The notes under the pieces were generated by a model. That model was not told the DNA's origin, did no database searches, and worked only from the letters and a program-made list of their open reading frames with translations. 64,000 nt of DNA from Candidatus Poribacteria bacterium (lineage in GTDB: Bacteria > Poribacteria > WGA-4E > WGA-3G): the NCBI GenBank assembly GCA_964291315.2, contig OZ219753.1, positions 2,112,001 through 2,176,000 of the forward strand, written 5' to 3'. The stretch's first letter is position 1. Every line of letters starts with the position of its first letter. The position numbers and the translations under genes were made by a program. Positions 21,776 to 32,600 of this stretch are shown piece after piece.

Positions 21776-22660
21776 TTACATTGGTTGGTTATGTGCATGC
21801 GCCGGAATCATAATTACCTCAACTCTGCGATTCATAGCTCTCCCTGCGGAAGTGTTCTGAGGTGCGATAGGATCGGTGTGTGCTTTACCAATCGCCTCAA
21901 TTCTGCTGGAGTCAATCCCTTTAGATTCGAGGTATTTTGCAGCTGCGTTGGCGCGTCCTTGCGACAAGTCCCAATTACTTCTATAGCTGCCGCGTAAGAC
22001 AGGGGTGCCGTCGGCATGCCCGATGACCATGATCTTTGCATCCGAGTCCGCCTTGAGCTGCTCAACAATACCGTCAAGCATTTCTTGACCTTTGGTAGAT
22101 ACACGGGTTTGCCCGCTCCGAAAATGGATAGTAGCTACGATGGTAGGTTTCGCGGAAACCTCGGCCTCCACCATGGTGAGTCCTTCTTTCAAAGCCATCA
22201 CTTCGGATTCGAGTTTCTTAATAGCATCGTTCTGGGACGCGTTAGCTTTGCCTTGGTCATCAATTCGCTGTTGCAATTTTGCGTCTTCGTTTTTTGCGAA
22301 TTCCATTGATTTTTGACTTTGCATATCAATGGCATTCGTTAGGTCAGCCCGGAGCTGGGCATCTTGTTCCATCGCACTCTGCTTTGCGGCAGCAATAGTG
22401 TCAGCATCACCTTGCTGGGATGCAGCGATCGCCTCATCTTTTGCCGTAGAAATCGCCTCCGCTACATCTTTCGCCTGCTGATCAACTTTTCCCTCTAACA
22501 TCGTAATTTTGTTTGTGATGTCAGCATCAGCTTGCTCCATCTGTGAGACGTGCTCATTCTTCCACATTTCAAACTCTTCTTGGTTCAATTTCCCGCAACT
22601 ACTGACAATAAGTGCAACTCCGAGAAGAGCGGTCACCGCGAAAATGGTTTTACCTATCAT
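21776..22660 (-). CDS. Coiled-coil lipoprotein with OmpA/MotB-like peptidoglycan-binding domain
   Basis: Lipobox VSSC; GHAD, SNWDLSQGRA, NRRVEV; RBS aggagg. Confidence 0.88.
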   Translation of the reverse strand: MIGKTIFAVTALLGVALIVSSCGKLNQEEFEMWKNEHVSQMEQADADITNKITMLEGKVDQQAKDVAEAISTAKDEAIAASQQGDADTIAAAKQSAMEQDAQLRADLTNAIDMQSQKSMEFAKNEDAKLQQRIDDQGKANASQNDAIKKLESEVMALKEGLTMVEAEVSAKPTIVATIHFRSGQTRVSTKGQEMLDGIVEQLKADSDAKIMVIGHADGTPVLRGSYRSNWDLSQGRANAAAKYLESKGIDSSRIEAIGKAHTDPIAPQNTSAGRAMNRRVEVIMIPAHAHNQPM

Positions 22661-22932
22661 GGATTCCTCCTAATCTTTACAACAATTTAGAGCGTTGTTT
22701 GCCAGCCGATATTTAAGAAGCTGGCTTTCAAGTTAAGCCTAAAAAACTAATTTTAAAGTATACCCTATTTCCCTTGGAATTCTTCTCGAATTCCGCTTGA
22801 GTGTGTGTACACGGACAGGATAACTCTTTTTCCTATGCAGACAACAATTTTCAATGCCTGAAACTGCATCACGAACTTGCAATATGAGAAACCCGGAAGC
22901 AATTCTCTCTCATAGGCACTTTAGTAATACAA

Positions 22933-22962
22933 ATTATACCATCTTTTGTTAAAAAAAGTCAA
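22933..22962 (-). promoter_or_regulatory. Sigma70 promoter for the OmpA-family gene
   Basis: Minus strand TTGACT-N18-TATAAT with extended -10 TG. Confidence 0.6.
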
Positions 22963-23194
22963 AAGTTTTTTCAATCGCCGCCCCAAAGGCAGCAGCTAAG
23001 TCTAAAAACGTACTTGATTTTTAATGTCTAAGTAGAGTAAAATTCTTTCTGTTATGTAGATGCGAAGGCTATCTGCTCTCTTATGTTGCCAAATTATCCA
23101 CGAATCTCGACACGAAAGGCGTGTTCAGTAATTACCTCGCTAGCAATGGGCAGCATCTATCTCGTAAACAAAAACAAGACAGGAGGCTAACAGG

Positions 23195-24547
23195 ATGGGA
23201 CAGATAAGTATCATCTTAATCACTGGGATCCTTTTCCTATTTTCCTTTGAGTCGCCTGAAACAAGCGTAGCAATCAGCGACATGCAGGTGCTACTCTGGA
23301 CACTGGTGTTAACATGCTGTCCTATTCTGCTTGCGTATTTTGTAACGGGGTATATTGCCAACAATTTTCCGCCTCACAAAGAAGAAAATTTACCGAAACT
23401 CCACCGCCTGCGCCGTTCTATGATCGCTTTTGAATGCCTGAGCTTAGCGGGATATTTGTGTAATCTATACTACTTGAATTTACCTGCACTGATTGACAAA
23501 TATTTCTCATTTTTTCCGATGGAGAATGTGCGGCAGATGCTCGCGCTGCTGCCGCTGCTAATTGGGTTAATGTGTATTCGACTTGCGTTTTATCAGATGA
23601 ATCGGCTCCAACAAGGATACTACCGAGATATCTTCGCTCTGCAATTCAAATTTTTACTGTTCCCGCTCCTACCGATGCTCCTTTATCTCATAACATTAGA
23701 TATCTTTTATTGGTTGCCCTACTCAGCCAAGGTATTCATTAGTGAAAATCCATACATTTTAATCGGACTGATTCTCCCCGTGATTGCCTCCGCATATATT
23801 CTCACACCATTCCTGATGCGGTTTCTGTGGAAAACACAACCATTAGCAGCAGGTTCAGCACTCAAGCAGAAATTACAAGAACTAACAAAACAGATCGGTA
23901 CGAAACATCAAGATATTGTGGTATGGCAAACGGGCCCCCTGTTAATAGCCAATGCAGCTGTCGCCGGGACACTCCCGTGGAATCGCCGTATCTTCTTAAC
24001 AGACGCACTTTTAGAATACTTCACAGAGGAAGAAATTGAAACTGTTGTTGCACATGAGCTTGGACATATCCGCTACAAACACATCCAAACTTATATGCTT
24101 TTCTCGATCTTCTATCTCTTGAGCTATCCGCTCTTTTATTTTTTTGTTGAGGAGCCATTAGTCGCCCACTTTGGAGAGTCACAAATTTTGTCAACGTTAC
24201 TCTCGTTGGCTTTTCTCACCCTCTATTTCGTGTTCATATTCCGGTATCTGTCGAGACGTTGTGAGCACCAAGCCGACCTATATGCAGTCACACTGACAGA
24301 AAAACCAGAAGCCTTCAAAACGGCTTTGATGAAACTCGCCCTTTTGAATGCCATACCCAAATCAGTTCAGCGGTTTTTCGAGATTTTCAATACACATCCA
24401 TCCATCGACCGACGGATTAAATTCATCAATCGGTGGATCGCACGCAAACCCGATACCCAACGTTATAGAACCTATCTCATTGAAGTCAAAATCCTGATCG
24501 CTCTGCTACTGATGCTCTTGACTCTCATAGTACTATTGCTCCGCTAA
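23195..24547 (+). CDS. M48 family (Ste24/HtpX-like) membrane zinc metallopeptidase
   Basis: ANAAVAG, HELGH, SRRCEHQAD, THPSIDRR, multiple TM helices. Confidence 0.92.
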   Translation: MGQISIILITGILFLFSFESPETSVAISDMQVLLWTLVLTCCPILLAYFVTGYIANNFPPHKEENLPKLHRLRRSMIAFECLSLAGYLCNLYYLNLPALIDKYFSFFPMENVRQMLALLPLLIGLMCIRLAFYQMNRLQQGYYRDIFALQFKFLLFPLLPMLLYLITLDIFYWLPYSAKVFISENPYILIGLILPVIASAYILTPFLMRFLWKTQPLAAGSALKQKLQELTKQIGTKHQDIVVWQTGPLLIANAAVAGTLPWNRRIFLTDALLEYFTEEEIETVVAHELGHIRYKHIQTYMLFSIFYLLSYPLFYFFVEEPLVAHFGESQILSTLLSLAFLTLYFVFIFRYLSRRCEHQADLYAVTLTEKPEAFKTALMKLALLNAIPKSVQRFFEIFNTHPSIDRRIKFINRWIARKPDTQRYRTYLIEVKILIALLLMLLTLIVLLLR

Positions 24548-24558
24548 AAAAATAAGAA

Positions 24559-24607
24559 GGGCGTGATAGCTGTAAGCAAAAGCTTACTGGCTATCACGCC
24601 CGTTTTT
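24559..24607. terminator. Hairpin terminator between convergent genes
   Basis: GGGCGTGATAGC/GCTATCACGCCC 12-bp stem plus inner GTAAGC/GCTTAC, followed by GTTTTT. Confidence 0.75.
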
Positions 24608-24666
24608 GTAGCGTCAATGCCTTTCATCAATTTATCTGACGATAAAAGGCATTAGGGCATAAAACG

Positions 24667-27600
24667 TTACGGAGATACAGGTTTGACACAACGGAAACCG
24701 AGGTCTCCGCCCGTACTCACCGGTGCGCCACGGTCGCGATTTGCGACACGAGTCGTCTGGGCTGAATAGAGATAGGAGCCGCCGCGCAGGACACGGAGAT
24801 CATCCATCATTGTGTCTGGATCGCCTGACATCGGGTTCGTGGTAGGAGAACTCTGATAGAACACATCGTCATACGTATCCAGACACCACTCCCAGACATT
24901 CCCAGCCATGTCATAGAGACCATAACCATTCGCCGCATAACTGCCAACGTCCGTCGTGCTCCCTACGTTCTGACCATAGTTTGCCTTCGTAGCGTCTATG
25001 GTGTCGCCGCCGGGGTATAGTTTCCCAACTAACCCACCGCGCGCAGCATACTCCCATTGTGCTTCCGTGGGGAGCTCTTTGCCTGCCCACTTCGCATACG
25101 CTCTCGCACCATGCCAAGTGACTCTAATGACAGGCCGGTTCCCATGACCGGACTTGGCTTGATAGGTTGGGGTTTCCTGCCCTGCTACCAGCTCAATGCC
25201 TATGGCGGGATCCGTCATATCGAGCCAGGTCTTCCCTGCGTCGACGTGTTTGCCCTTTGCAGTAAGGAATGCCGCGAACTGTGTGTTCGTCACTTCATGC
25301 GTATCCATATAAAACGCACCTAAAGTGACAGTGTGAACAGGGCGTTCATCCGCATCGCCGATGGTGCTGCCCATCTTAAACGTGCCAGCGGGGATCAGCG
25401 CCATGCCCGGCGGTAGCGTGGGTGTCACGACAGGTGTTTCGACAGGTGTCGGGGATGTCTCGACAGGTACCTTGACAGGTGTCTGAACAGGCACCTGGGA
25501 CTGGAGGTTTCCATCATTATTCTCATTACTGTTAGCAGGGGCGATAGGTATAACACAACGGAAACCGCTGACGAAGTTAGAACCTCCTGCCCAATTGCCA
25601 CTGCGGGCATGAACCATAATGCTTAGATGATCGGAATCCCAGTGCCCGCCACGAAGCTCACGGGTACCTGTAGCCGCTTTATAGTTAGCCAATAGCGCTT
25701 GGATACTACTGTTTGCATCCCTCAGAGGATTCGTCTTCGCACCACTTGAATAGGCGGTGTAGGTGTCTAAACACCATTCGTAATGATTTCCTGCCATATC
25801 ATACAACCCGTAGCCGTTGGCTGCATAACTGCCGATTGGCATGGAGTCAAACTTAAACCCGTAGCGCATGTTGGCATGGTCCTCGGTACCATTGCCGTCG
25901 TTGCCGTCGTTGCCCCAGGGGAATGCTTGACCGACTAAGCCGCCGCGTGCAGCATACTCCCACTCCGCCCCCGTCGGCAGCCGCTTGCCTGCCCACTCCG
26001 CATACGCCATCGCACCATACCAGCTCACATGAGCAACAGGGTGATTTCCATAACCCGCTACCGGCGTATATCTACCGTCTGATAACCTAATCTTCACCTT
26101 ATTATTGTTGCCGCTGAGGTGGATCCAGGTCTTCCCTGCATCGGTATGTTTCCTCTTTGCATTGAGGAACGCAGCGTATTCTGTGTTCGTCACTTCATGC
26201 GTATCCATATAAAACGCATCTAAAGTGACAGAATGAATAGGGCTCACAAACCCCCCACCGAGCGCGCCCATCTGAAATGTGCCAGCGGGGATCAGCGCCA
26301 TGCCTGCAGGTGTCTCGACAGGTGTCTCGACAGGTGTCGGGGTTTTCTTGACAGGTACCTTGACAGGTGTCTGAACAGGCACCTGGGACTGGAGGTTTCC
26401 ATCATTATTCTCATTACTGTTAGCAGGGGCGATAGGTATAACACAACGGAAACCGCTGACGAAGTTAGAACCTCCTGCCCAATTGCCACTGCGGGCATGA
26501 ACCATAATGCTTAGATGATCGGAATCCCAGTGCCCGCCACGAAGCTCACGGGTACCTGTAGCCGCTTTATAGTCAGCCAATAGCGCTTGGATACTACTGT
26601 TTGCATCCCTCAGAGGATTCGTCTTCGCACCACTTGAATAGGCGGTGTAGGTGTCTAAACACCATTCGTAATGATTTCCTGCCATATCATACAACCCGTA
26701 GCCGTTGGCTGCATAACTGCCGATTGGCATGGAGTCAAACTTAAACCCGTAGCGCATGTTGGCATGGTCCTCGGTACCATTGCCGTCGTTGCCGTCGTTG
26801 CCCCAGGGGAATGCTTGACCGACTAAGCCGCCGCGTGCAGCATACTCCCACTCCGCCCCCGTCGGCAGCCGCTTGCCTGCCCACTCCGCATACGCCATCG
26901 CACCATACCAGCTCACATGAGCAACAGGGTGATTTCCATAACCCGCTACCGGCGTATATCTACCGTCTGATAACCTAATCTTCACCTTATTATTGTTGCC
27001 GCTGAGGTGGATCCAGGTCTTCCCTGCATCGGTATGTTTCCTCTTTGCATTGAGGAACGCAGCGTATTCTGTGTTCGTCACTTCATGCGTATCCATATAA
27101 AACGCATCTAAAGTGACAGAATGAATAGGGCTCACAAACCCCCCACCGAGCGCGCCCATCTGAAATGTGCCAGCGGGGATCAAGACCATACCTTCAGGAA
27201 CGGCGGGAGCGGGAGGAGGCGGAGGAGGTGGGAGAGTAGACACCGACACCCAGTCAGAAGTAACGACCACTTCAGCACCACTATCCCCGGTCTCGTATAC
27301 CATAAAACCATCCGAGTGCTCTAACTCCTCCTTGGCACGATCCGAATACAGCAACTCCTCCTGCGTTACACCATTCTCGAACTGACCCGACACAATACGA
27401 AACTTCCGCTTCGGATGAACCCAGAACTCGAACGTGCCACTGCTGCTCTCCGGTTTTAACGCACCATCCGCGTTTGATATGTGGAAAAAAGACTCGTTGT
27501 CCGCCCACGAATGAAACACCCTACCTTTACCCGGAGGGATACGATAGCTGCCACGCGTCCGAAACCCTTCAGGCCACCCCTTCCTCGGATTCTCAACCTT

Positions 27601-28233
27601 CCAAGTCGCAAAGACCACGTATATATCTTCTTCCCGCTCATTTCTTACGATGTTCTCTACCCACGCAGGCGGAGCAACATCTTCAACGGGCGGACCACCA
27701 TCGTCTCCGAGCTCGTCATTTGGCGGAGCAGTCGGCTGCCCATCTAGCAACACCCACGCCGGAGTGACAACCACTGCCGAGCCGCCCGTATAGCTGACAA
27801 ACCCCTCTAATTGAACCAACTGACCCGGCGAACGATCAGAGTAAAGCAGCTGATCCGTTGTCACAGAGGCATCGAGCGTCTGTGAGACAACGCGGAAGGA
27901 GCGCTTCGGATGAGCCCAGAACGCAAAAGCGGTGGTGCCGCTGTTCGCTTTTATCGCACCCGCAGCGTTTGAAATACGGAAATACATGCTGTTGGTGTCC
28001 CAGGAATGGAAAATCCTGGACATCCCGGGCGGGATGCGGTATGAGCCGCGGGTCCGGAACCCTACGGGTATACCTTTGTTATCATCCGCTGCCTGCCAGG
28101 TGCTCTTGATCACATAGATCTCTTCGAGCGTGTTATTGGTTACCAGGTTCTCTTGCCATTCTGCCGTCGCGAACGGGGCGCTCGCAAACATAAACGCGGC
28201 AAGCATAGAAAGAACCACTCCGGTTCTTTTCAT
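24667..28233 (-). CDS. Secreted protein: two N-terminal beta-rich repeats plus three FGE-sulfatase (CLec-fold) domains
   Basis: Signal peptide; two ~140-aa repeats with GFRTRGSYRIPPG; three MxLIPAGTFxMG...LPTxAxWEYAARGG...NGYGLYDMAGN..EW...RGG...GFRC domains with Pro/Thr linkers. Confidence 0.92.
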   Translation of the reverse strand: MKRTGVVLSMLAAFMFASAPFATAEWQENLVTNNTLEEIYVIKSTWQAADDNKGIPVGFRTRGSYRIPPGMSRIFHSWDTNSMYFRISNAAGAIKANSGTTAFAFWAHPKRSFRVVSQTLDASVTTDQLLYSDRSPGQLVQLEGFVSYTGGSAVVVTPAWVLLDGQPTAPPNDELGDDGGPPVEDVAPPAWVENIVRNEREEDIYVVFATWKVENPRKGWPEGFRTRGSYRIPPGKGRVFHSWADNESFFHISNADGALKPESSSGTFEFWVHPKRKFRIVSGQFENGVTQEELLYSDRAKEELEHSDGFMVYETGDSGAEVVVTSDWVSVSTLPPPPPPPAPAVPEGMVLIPAGTFQMGALGGGFVSPIHSVTLDAFYMDTHEVTNTEYAAFLNAKRKHTDAGKTWIHLSGNNNKVKIRLSDGRYTPVAGYGNHPVAHVSWYGAMAYAEWAGKRLPTGAEWEYAARGGLVGQAFPWGNDGNDGNGTEDHANMRYGFKFDSMPIGSYAANGYGLYDMAGNHYEWCLDTYTAYSSGAKTNPLRDANSSIQALLADYKAATGTRELRGGHWDSDHLSIMVHARSGNWAGGSNFVSGFRCVIPIAPANSNENNDGNLQSQVPVQTPVKVPVKKTPTPVETPVETPAGMALIPAGTFQMGALGGGFVSPIHSVTLDAFYMDTHEVTNTEYAAFLNAKRKHTDAGKTWIHLSGNNNKVKIRLSDGRYTPVAGYGNHPVAHVSWYGAMAYAEWAGKRLPTGAEWEYAARGGLVGQAFPWGNDGNDGNGTEDHANMRYGFKFDSMPIGSYAANGYGLYDMAGNHYEWCLDTYTAYSSGAKTNPLRDANSSIQALLANYKAATGTRELRGGHWDSDHLSIMVHARSGNWAGGSNFVSGFRCVIPIAPANSNENNDGNLQSQVPVQTPVKVPVETSPTPVETPVVTPTLPPGMALIPAGTFKMGSTIGDADERPVHTVTLGAFYMDTHEVTNTQFAAFLTAKGKHVDAGKTWLDMTDPAIGIELVAGQETPTYQAKSGHGNRPVIRVTWHGARAYAKWAGKELPTEAQWEYAARGGLVGKLYPGGDTIDATKANYGQNVGSTTDVGSYAANGYGLYDMAGNVWEWCLDTYDDVFYQSSPTTNPMSGDPDTMMDDLRVLRGGSYLYSAQTTRVANRDRGAPVSTGGDLGFRCVKPVSP
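25462..27182. repeat. Near-perfect intragenic tandem duplication, 888-bp period
   Basis: 25462-26294 matches 26350-27182; one difference seen (25686 T vs 26574 C, Asn/Asp). Confidence 0.92.
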
Positions 28234-28248
28234 TTTGAGCCTCCTTTT

Positions 28249-28268
28249 ATCTGTGAAGATACACAGAT
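28249..28268. promoter_or_regulatory. Conserved palindrome before the RBS (copy 1 of 3)
   Basis: ATCTGTG-TATCTT-CACAGAT on the coding strand; identical at 43882-43901 and 52557-52576. Confidence 0.7.
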
Positions 28269-28418
28269 ATCTGCTTGTCCTTAAGTTTTACTTACTGCAT
28301 TATTAATATTGGAACAGCAAGTGATTTTTCCCCTATCATCTTGACAGGTTAAGGGGTTATTATAACTTAACTTTAAGTTTTTGTCTAACATATTTCCGTT
28401 TAAACGCGACATACCGAC

Positions 28419-28769
28419 TCAACGTTGATTCTCTTTTTGTAGATCAGAGAGGGCCGGTGGTATTTCTTCTTCAATAGCGAATTGCAATTTTTCGATCATT
28501 CGGTGCAATGGCAATTCATATTTTTCCTGAAGGCGGCGTTTTTCATCAGCAATATGGAAGGCGACGAGTAGTGGTACTTTCTGCTCGTCAAAACCCTTCC
28601 TGAGATAGGATTCAACTACAGTTCTAACGTACTCAACAAGCTCGTTGATATTGTCTGCAGTCAGGTCATCCGTTGGTTTAATAGTATAAGGCATGCCGAG
28701 TATAACGAATCGAATAGGTTTAAAATCGTGTGCTTGCTCTTGCATTATGTTATTATAGACCCCTTTCAT
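28419..28769 (-). CDS. zapA: Cell division protein ZapA-like
   Basis: ILGMPYTI strand, LVEYV, LLVAFHIADE then coiled coil; start may be 28745. Confidence 0.65.
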   Translation of the reverse strand: MKGVYNNIMQEQAHDFKPIRFVILGMPYTIKPTDDLTADNINELVEYVRTVVESYLRKGFDEQKVPLLVAFHIADEKRRLQEKYELPLHRMIEKLQFAIEEEIPPALSDLQKENQR

Positions 28770-28814
28770 ATTTTTTCACGAACCGTCTAAGATTGTAAGG
28801 TTGCTCTACATCCC

Positions 28815-29675
28815 TTACAGAGAGAGTGCCTTGTGCATTGTCATAGTGCAGGGTGTCACTCCGGTCCATTTTTCAAAAGCGATGGCCCCCTGATGGACCA
28901 ACATACCGATGCCGCCAAGGGTTTGACATCCGCGTTCGGCGGCTACTGCCATTAGAGGTGTTACCGGCGGAGTATAGACAATGTCATAAACGGCGGTGTT
29001 CGGTTGAAGCCACTCGGGAGAAATTAACAGCCGTTGCTTTGGGTCCATACTAGCTGTTGCAGTATTAATAAGAAGTGTACTGCGGTAGAGGGCAGCAGGC
29101 AGCTGTGTATCCGTGAGCCCTATCCCGTGCATCGGGACCCCTGTTTTTTGATGCATTTCTTCTGCTAATGAGACAGCCCGCTTCTTTGTGCGATTGGCAA
29201 TCGTTATAGATGCGACACCTGCAAGTGCTAAGGCGACGGTCACTGCTCTCGCGGATCCACCTGCACCTAAGATGACGACATCTTCATCAACTGGCACAAA
29301 CATGCCGTCGTTTTCTTCCAAAGATCTCAAGACTCCTGGAGCGTCTGTATTATCACCTTGTATTTCATCGTCAACAAAAGTGAGGGTGTTCACAGCGCCA
29401 ATAAGCTCGGCTTCTCTTGAGATAGAGGTGAGATACGGTATGACAGCCTGCTTATGTGGGAGCGTTACGTTAATACCGACGATGTTTACCGCCTTAAATC
29501 CTGCAATTGCGTCCCCTAAATCATCAGAACGCACATGAAACGGGACATATACATAATCAAGACCTGCTTTTGAAAAAGCTGCATTGTGCATTTGTGGTGA
29601 CCGGGTGTGTTGAATTGGGTCACCGATAATACCAACAATGTGAGTATGTCCTGTCAGGTTGGGTTGTGTCTTCAT
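28815..29675 (-). CDS. aroE: Shikimate dehydrogenase
   Basis: GDPIQHTRSPQMHN, NVTLPHK, GAVNT, NTDAPG, GAGGSARA, MLVHQGA. Confidence 0.96.
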   Translation of the reverse strand: MKTQPNLTGHTHIVGIIGDPIQHTRSPQMHNAAFSKAGLDYVYVPFHVRSDDLGDAIAGFKAVNIVGINVTLPHKQAVIPYLTSISREAELIGAVNTLTFVDDEIQGDNTDAPGVLRSLEENDGMFVPVDEDVVILGAGGSARAVTVALALAGVASITIANRTKKRAVSLAEEMHQKTGVPMHGIGLTDTQLPAALYRSTLLINTATASMDPKQRLLISPEWLQPNTAVYDIVYTPPVTPLMAVAAERGCQTLGGIGMLVHQGAIAFEKWTGVTPCTMTMHKALSL

Positions 29676-29696
29676 TGTAGCCTGGTTCTCCGAAAA

Positions 29697-32600
29697 CTAT
29701 TCTTGTGCTAGTAAGCCTTCAACGATCTGTTGTGCGTTTTCCATTTTCGGGTAGCGAATTTCCCGATAACCGCGGACTTCCTCAACACATTCCAACGCTT
29801 GGAGATGCTTCTCGTATGTCTCGGCATTAATAGGAGTAAAAGTATCAATCACACGGGTAATATACCATTCCCGGAACGCTTTTTCTTTTGCGTGCCACTG
29901 CGGTAGCCATCGTCTGAGAAACTTCATGCATTTCATGAGGTTCAGTTGCCAATTTCGTGTATCAATATCGCGTTCAAGATCAAACCCCATCACAGTGAAA
30001 TGCGGCCGGTTCAAATGAAGATACCGGATCCTATCTCCGTTTGCTGTATCGACCTTATACAGTGCTTTGTCTCGTTCTAACTTTTCTTTCCTCGTTAATA
30101 GGTGCGCGACGTAGACTTCATCCTTAATCAACATCACTTTATGAAGATATCTAATGGCAGCTTTTGTTGCTCTATAGCCGTAATTGTCAGAATCGTGTGT
30201 GTAAACCTGGTGAATCTTTTCAACATATCTACGTGCGTAGTTTATATCTTCAAATTGAATGAGATCGTAAATATAGAGAGCTAGCATTCGGTTGACCTCG
30301 CCGGAGTCGACGTTTAGTTTTTTTACTATATTTTCGACGAGCCTCCCGTATTCCTGCGCCAAACGTCCTCCGCGCCATTTCCGTGCCAAAATCTGTTGTT
30401 TTGATTTAAGAAGTTCAGTATAAGTTAGTAGCGTCTTTACTGTTGATGTGTTTACAGAAGATTCAGAGGTTTCGAGTGCTAAGCGCCGTCCCACGGTGAA
30501 GGCGCTCATATTGGTATCCAAATCGGCATGTGGGATCATCTGTTTGAGCGCTAGTTGTAACGGTTCTAACTCAAGAGGTATCAGTTGGCGCTGGAAAGCG
30601 GTGCCGAGGAGCATCATGTTCGCATATAACTTGTTTCCGAACAACTGTTCGGAGATTGCGAACAGGTCTATGCCAAAATAAGCATCGAGGTTGGTATGCG
30701 CTTGGAGTGTCTCTTCAAGGGCCTCCGGTTCGAAATCATCTTTGCCGATGAGGGTGGATATGGTTTCGGTTTTTGCTGTATTTACGACGGCAGCAGTGCG
30801 CGTTGGAGATGCAATACGAAAAAGGGAATTTGCACCGATGCCGCGGACCGCTTCCAAGATGTCAAGGCCTAACAAAAGATCCGCCTTGCCATACGGGATC
30901 ATAGTTGAGGCGTGAAAACCAGGTTGTGTATAAGCGATATGGGTATAGACACCGCCGTTTCGAATTGCTAAGCCTTTCCTGTCACAGAATGTCACATCGT
31001 AGCCTTGGAGGTACCCCGCAACAACCAGAACTTTGGAGATCATACCGATACCCATGCCTCCGACACCGGCTGCGTAGATATTCCAGCTCCGTTCAAAGGT
31101 CCGTGGGGGCGGCGGCGGTAAAGGCGTATCACTGAGGAGGTCCGGATAACCTGATTCTACGTTCTGACTTTGAGGTGGGCGTTTACGTGTGACGATAACC
31201 TCTTCAAATGCCGGGCAGGCGTATTTAATCCGGGCACACGCGCCATCGGCAACACAATTCGAGCGGTCGATAGCAATTTTCTCACCGTAATCGGTATCAA
31301 TGATTTTTAGACCGGGGCATCCTGTAGCAGTGGTACATTCCCTGCAAAATTCGCAGACTTCGGGGGTAATATTGATATGTTTTTCGTATTTGAGGAATCC
31401 CTTGTGCGCTATTGTTTTTCGTTGCTCTCTGCGGATTCTGCGATAATAGGTAATAGCGCACTCTTTATCAGCAATGATAATCTTCACTCCGGGTTTAAGA
31501 ATGGTTTTTTCAAGGTATTTTTTGTAGTTCACCCGATCTTCGGGGTTAGTGCGCACGATGTCTATTTCGGAGTCACCAGCGAGCCCTTGCGCGACCTGTT
31601 CAATGTCTTGCGCGAAGGTAGGATTACCGAGGATGTCGCGTTCATCAGCCGGGGTGGGTTGATGCCCTGTCATCGCAGTCGTCTGGTTGTCTAAGATGAT
31701 ATAGGCAATGTCTTGGTTGTTTTTGATTGAGTCGGAGATCGCCGCCATGCCGCCGTGGAAGAAGGTCGAGTCGCCCATGAAGACAACTTGCTTGTTTTGA
31801 ATAAAGGGGTCGATGCCTGCGCCTGCGCCGCCCCCCAATGCCATAGCAGAGAGGTTGTGCATCAGCCTTGGGAACGGCTCATATTTGAGCATAGAATAAC
31901 ATCCGATATCTCCATGAAAGACGAGATCCACGAGCCCGGAATTGTGATGCTTCTTCATATAGTCGGGATCCATAAATTGCTCGGTAATCTCAAGGAAGAC
32001 ACTTGAAGAATCACGGTGTGGGCAGCCCGGACAGAAGGTAGGCGTGCGTTGCGGGATACCAATCTGCCGTTCGGAGGCCTGTTTTTGGATTTCCTCTTCA
32101 CGGGCGAAGTGTTCAGTATCAATAGATGTCGTTGTCTTGCTGAGACGGTTTTTGAGGAGTGGAATAAGTTTTTGAATGAGAATAGAGGCATCTAAGCCAG
32201 AAGCTACTGGCACCCCTGGTAGGCCGTTGGGAAACTGTTTTCCCCAGACGTTCACATACTGCTTGATGGCACCGCTCTGATACATTTGCATGAGAAGTGC
32301 CTTGATTTCGTTTTCCAAGAGAGGCCGTTTCTCCTCAATAACGTAAATTTCATCGACCTGCCCTGCAAATTCTCGGACAATGTCAAGGTCAATCGGATGT
32401 GTCATACCGAGTTTGAGGATTGGAATATTTCCGTGTAAGTTCAACTCTTCGAGGGCGTGGAGGAGACAACTGTATGCTAAGCCTGTACTGACAAATCCGA
32501 TCAGGTGTTTTTTTCGGGTTGAATTATTCTGAAGAAACTGGATTCTGTTGAGGTTAAGAGCGCGTGCTGTTTCAAGTGCAGCAGGTAACCGTTTGCGTAA

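Noticed and set aside
28341-28366. TTGACA...TATAAC antisense promoter
   Set aside because: Spacer is only 14 nt.
28270-28418. 6S RNA downstream of zapA
   Set aside because: Short AT-rich region without the long rod-like pairing of 6S RNA.
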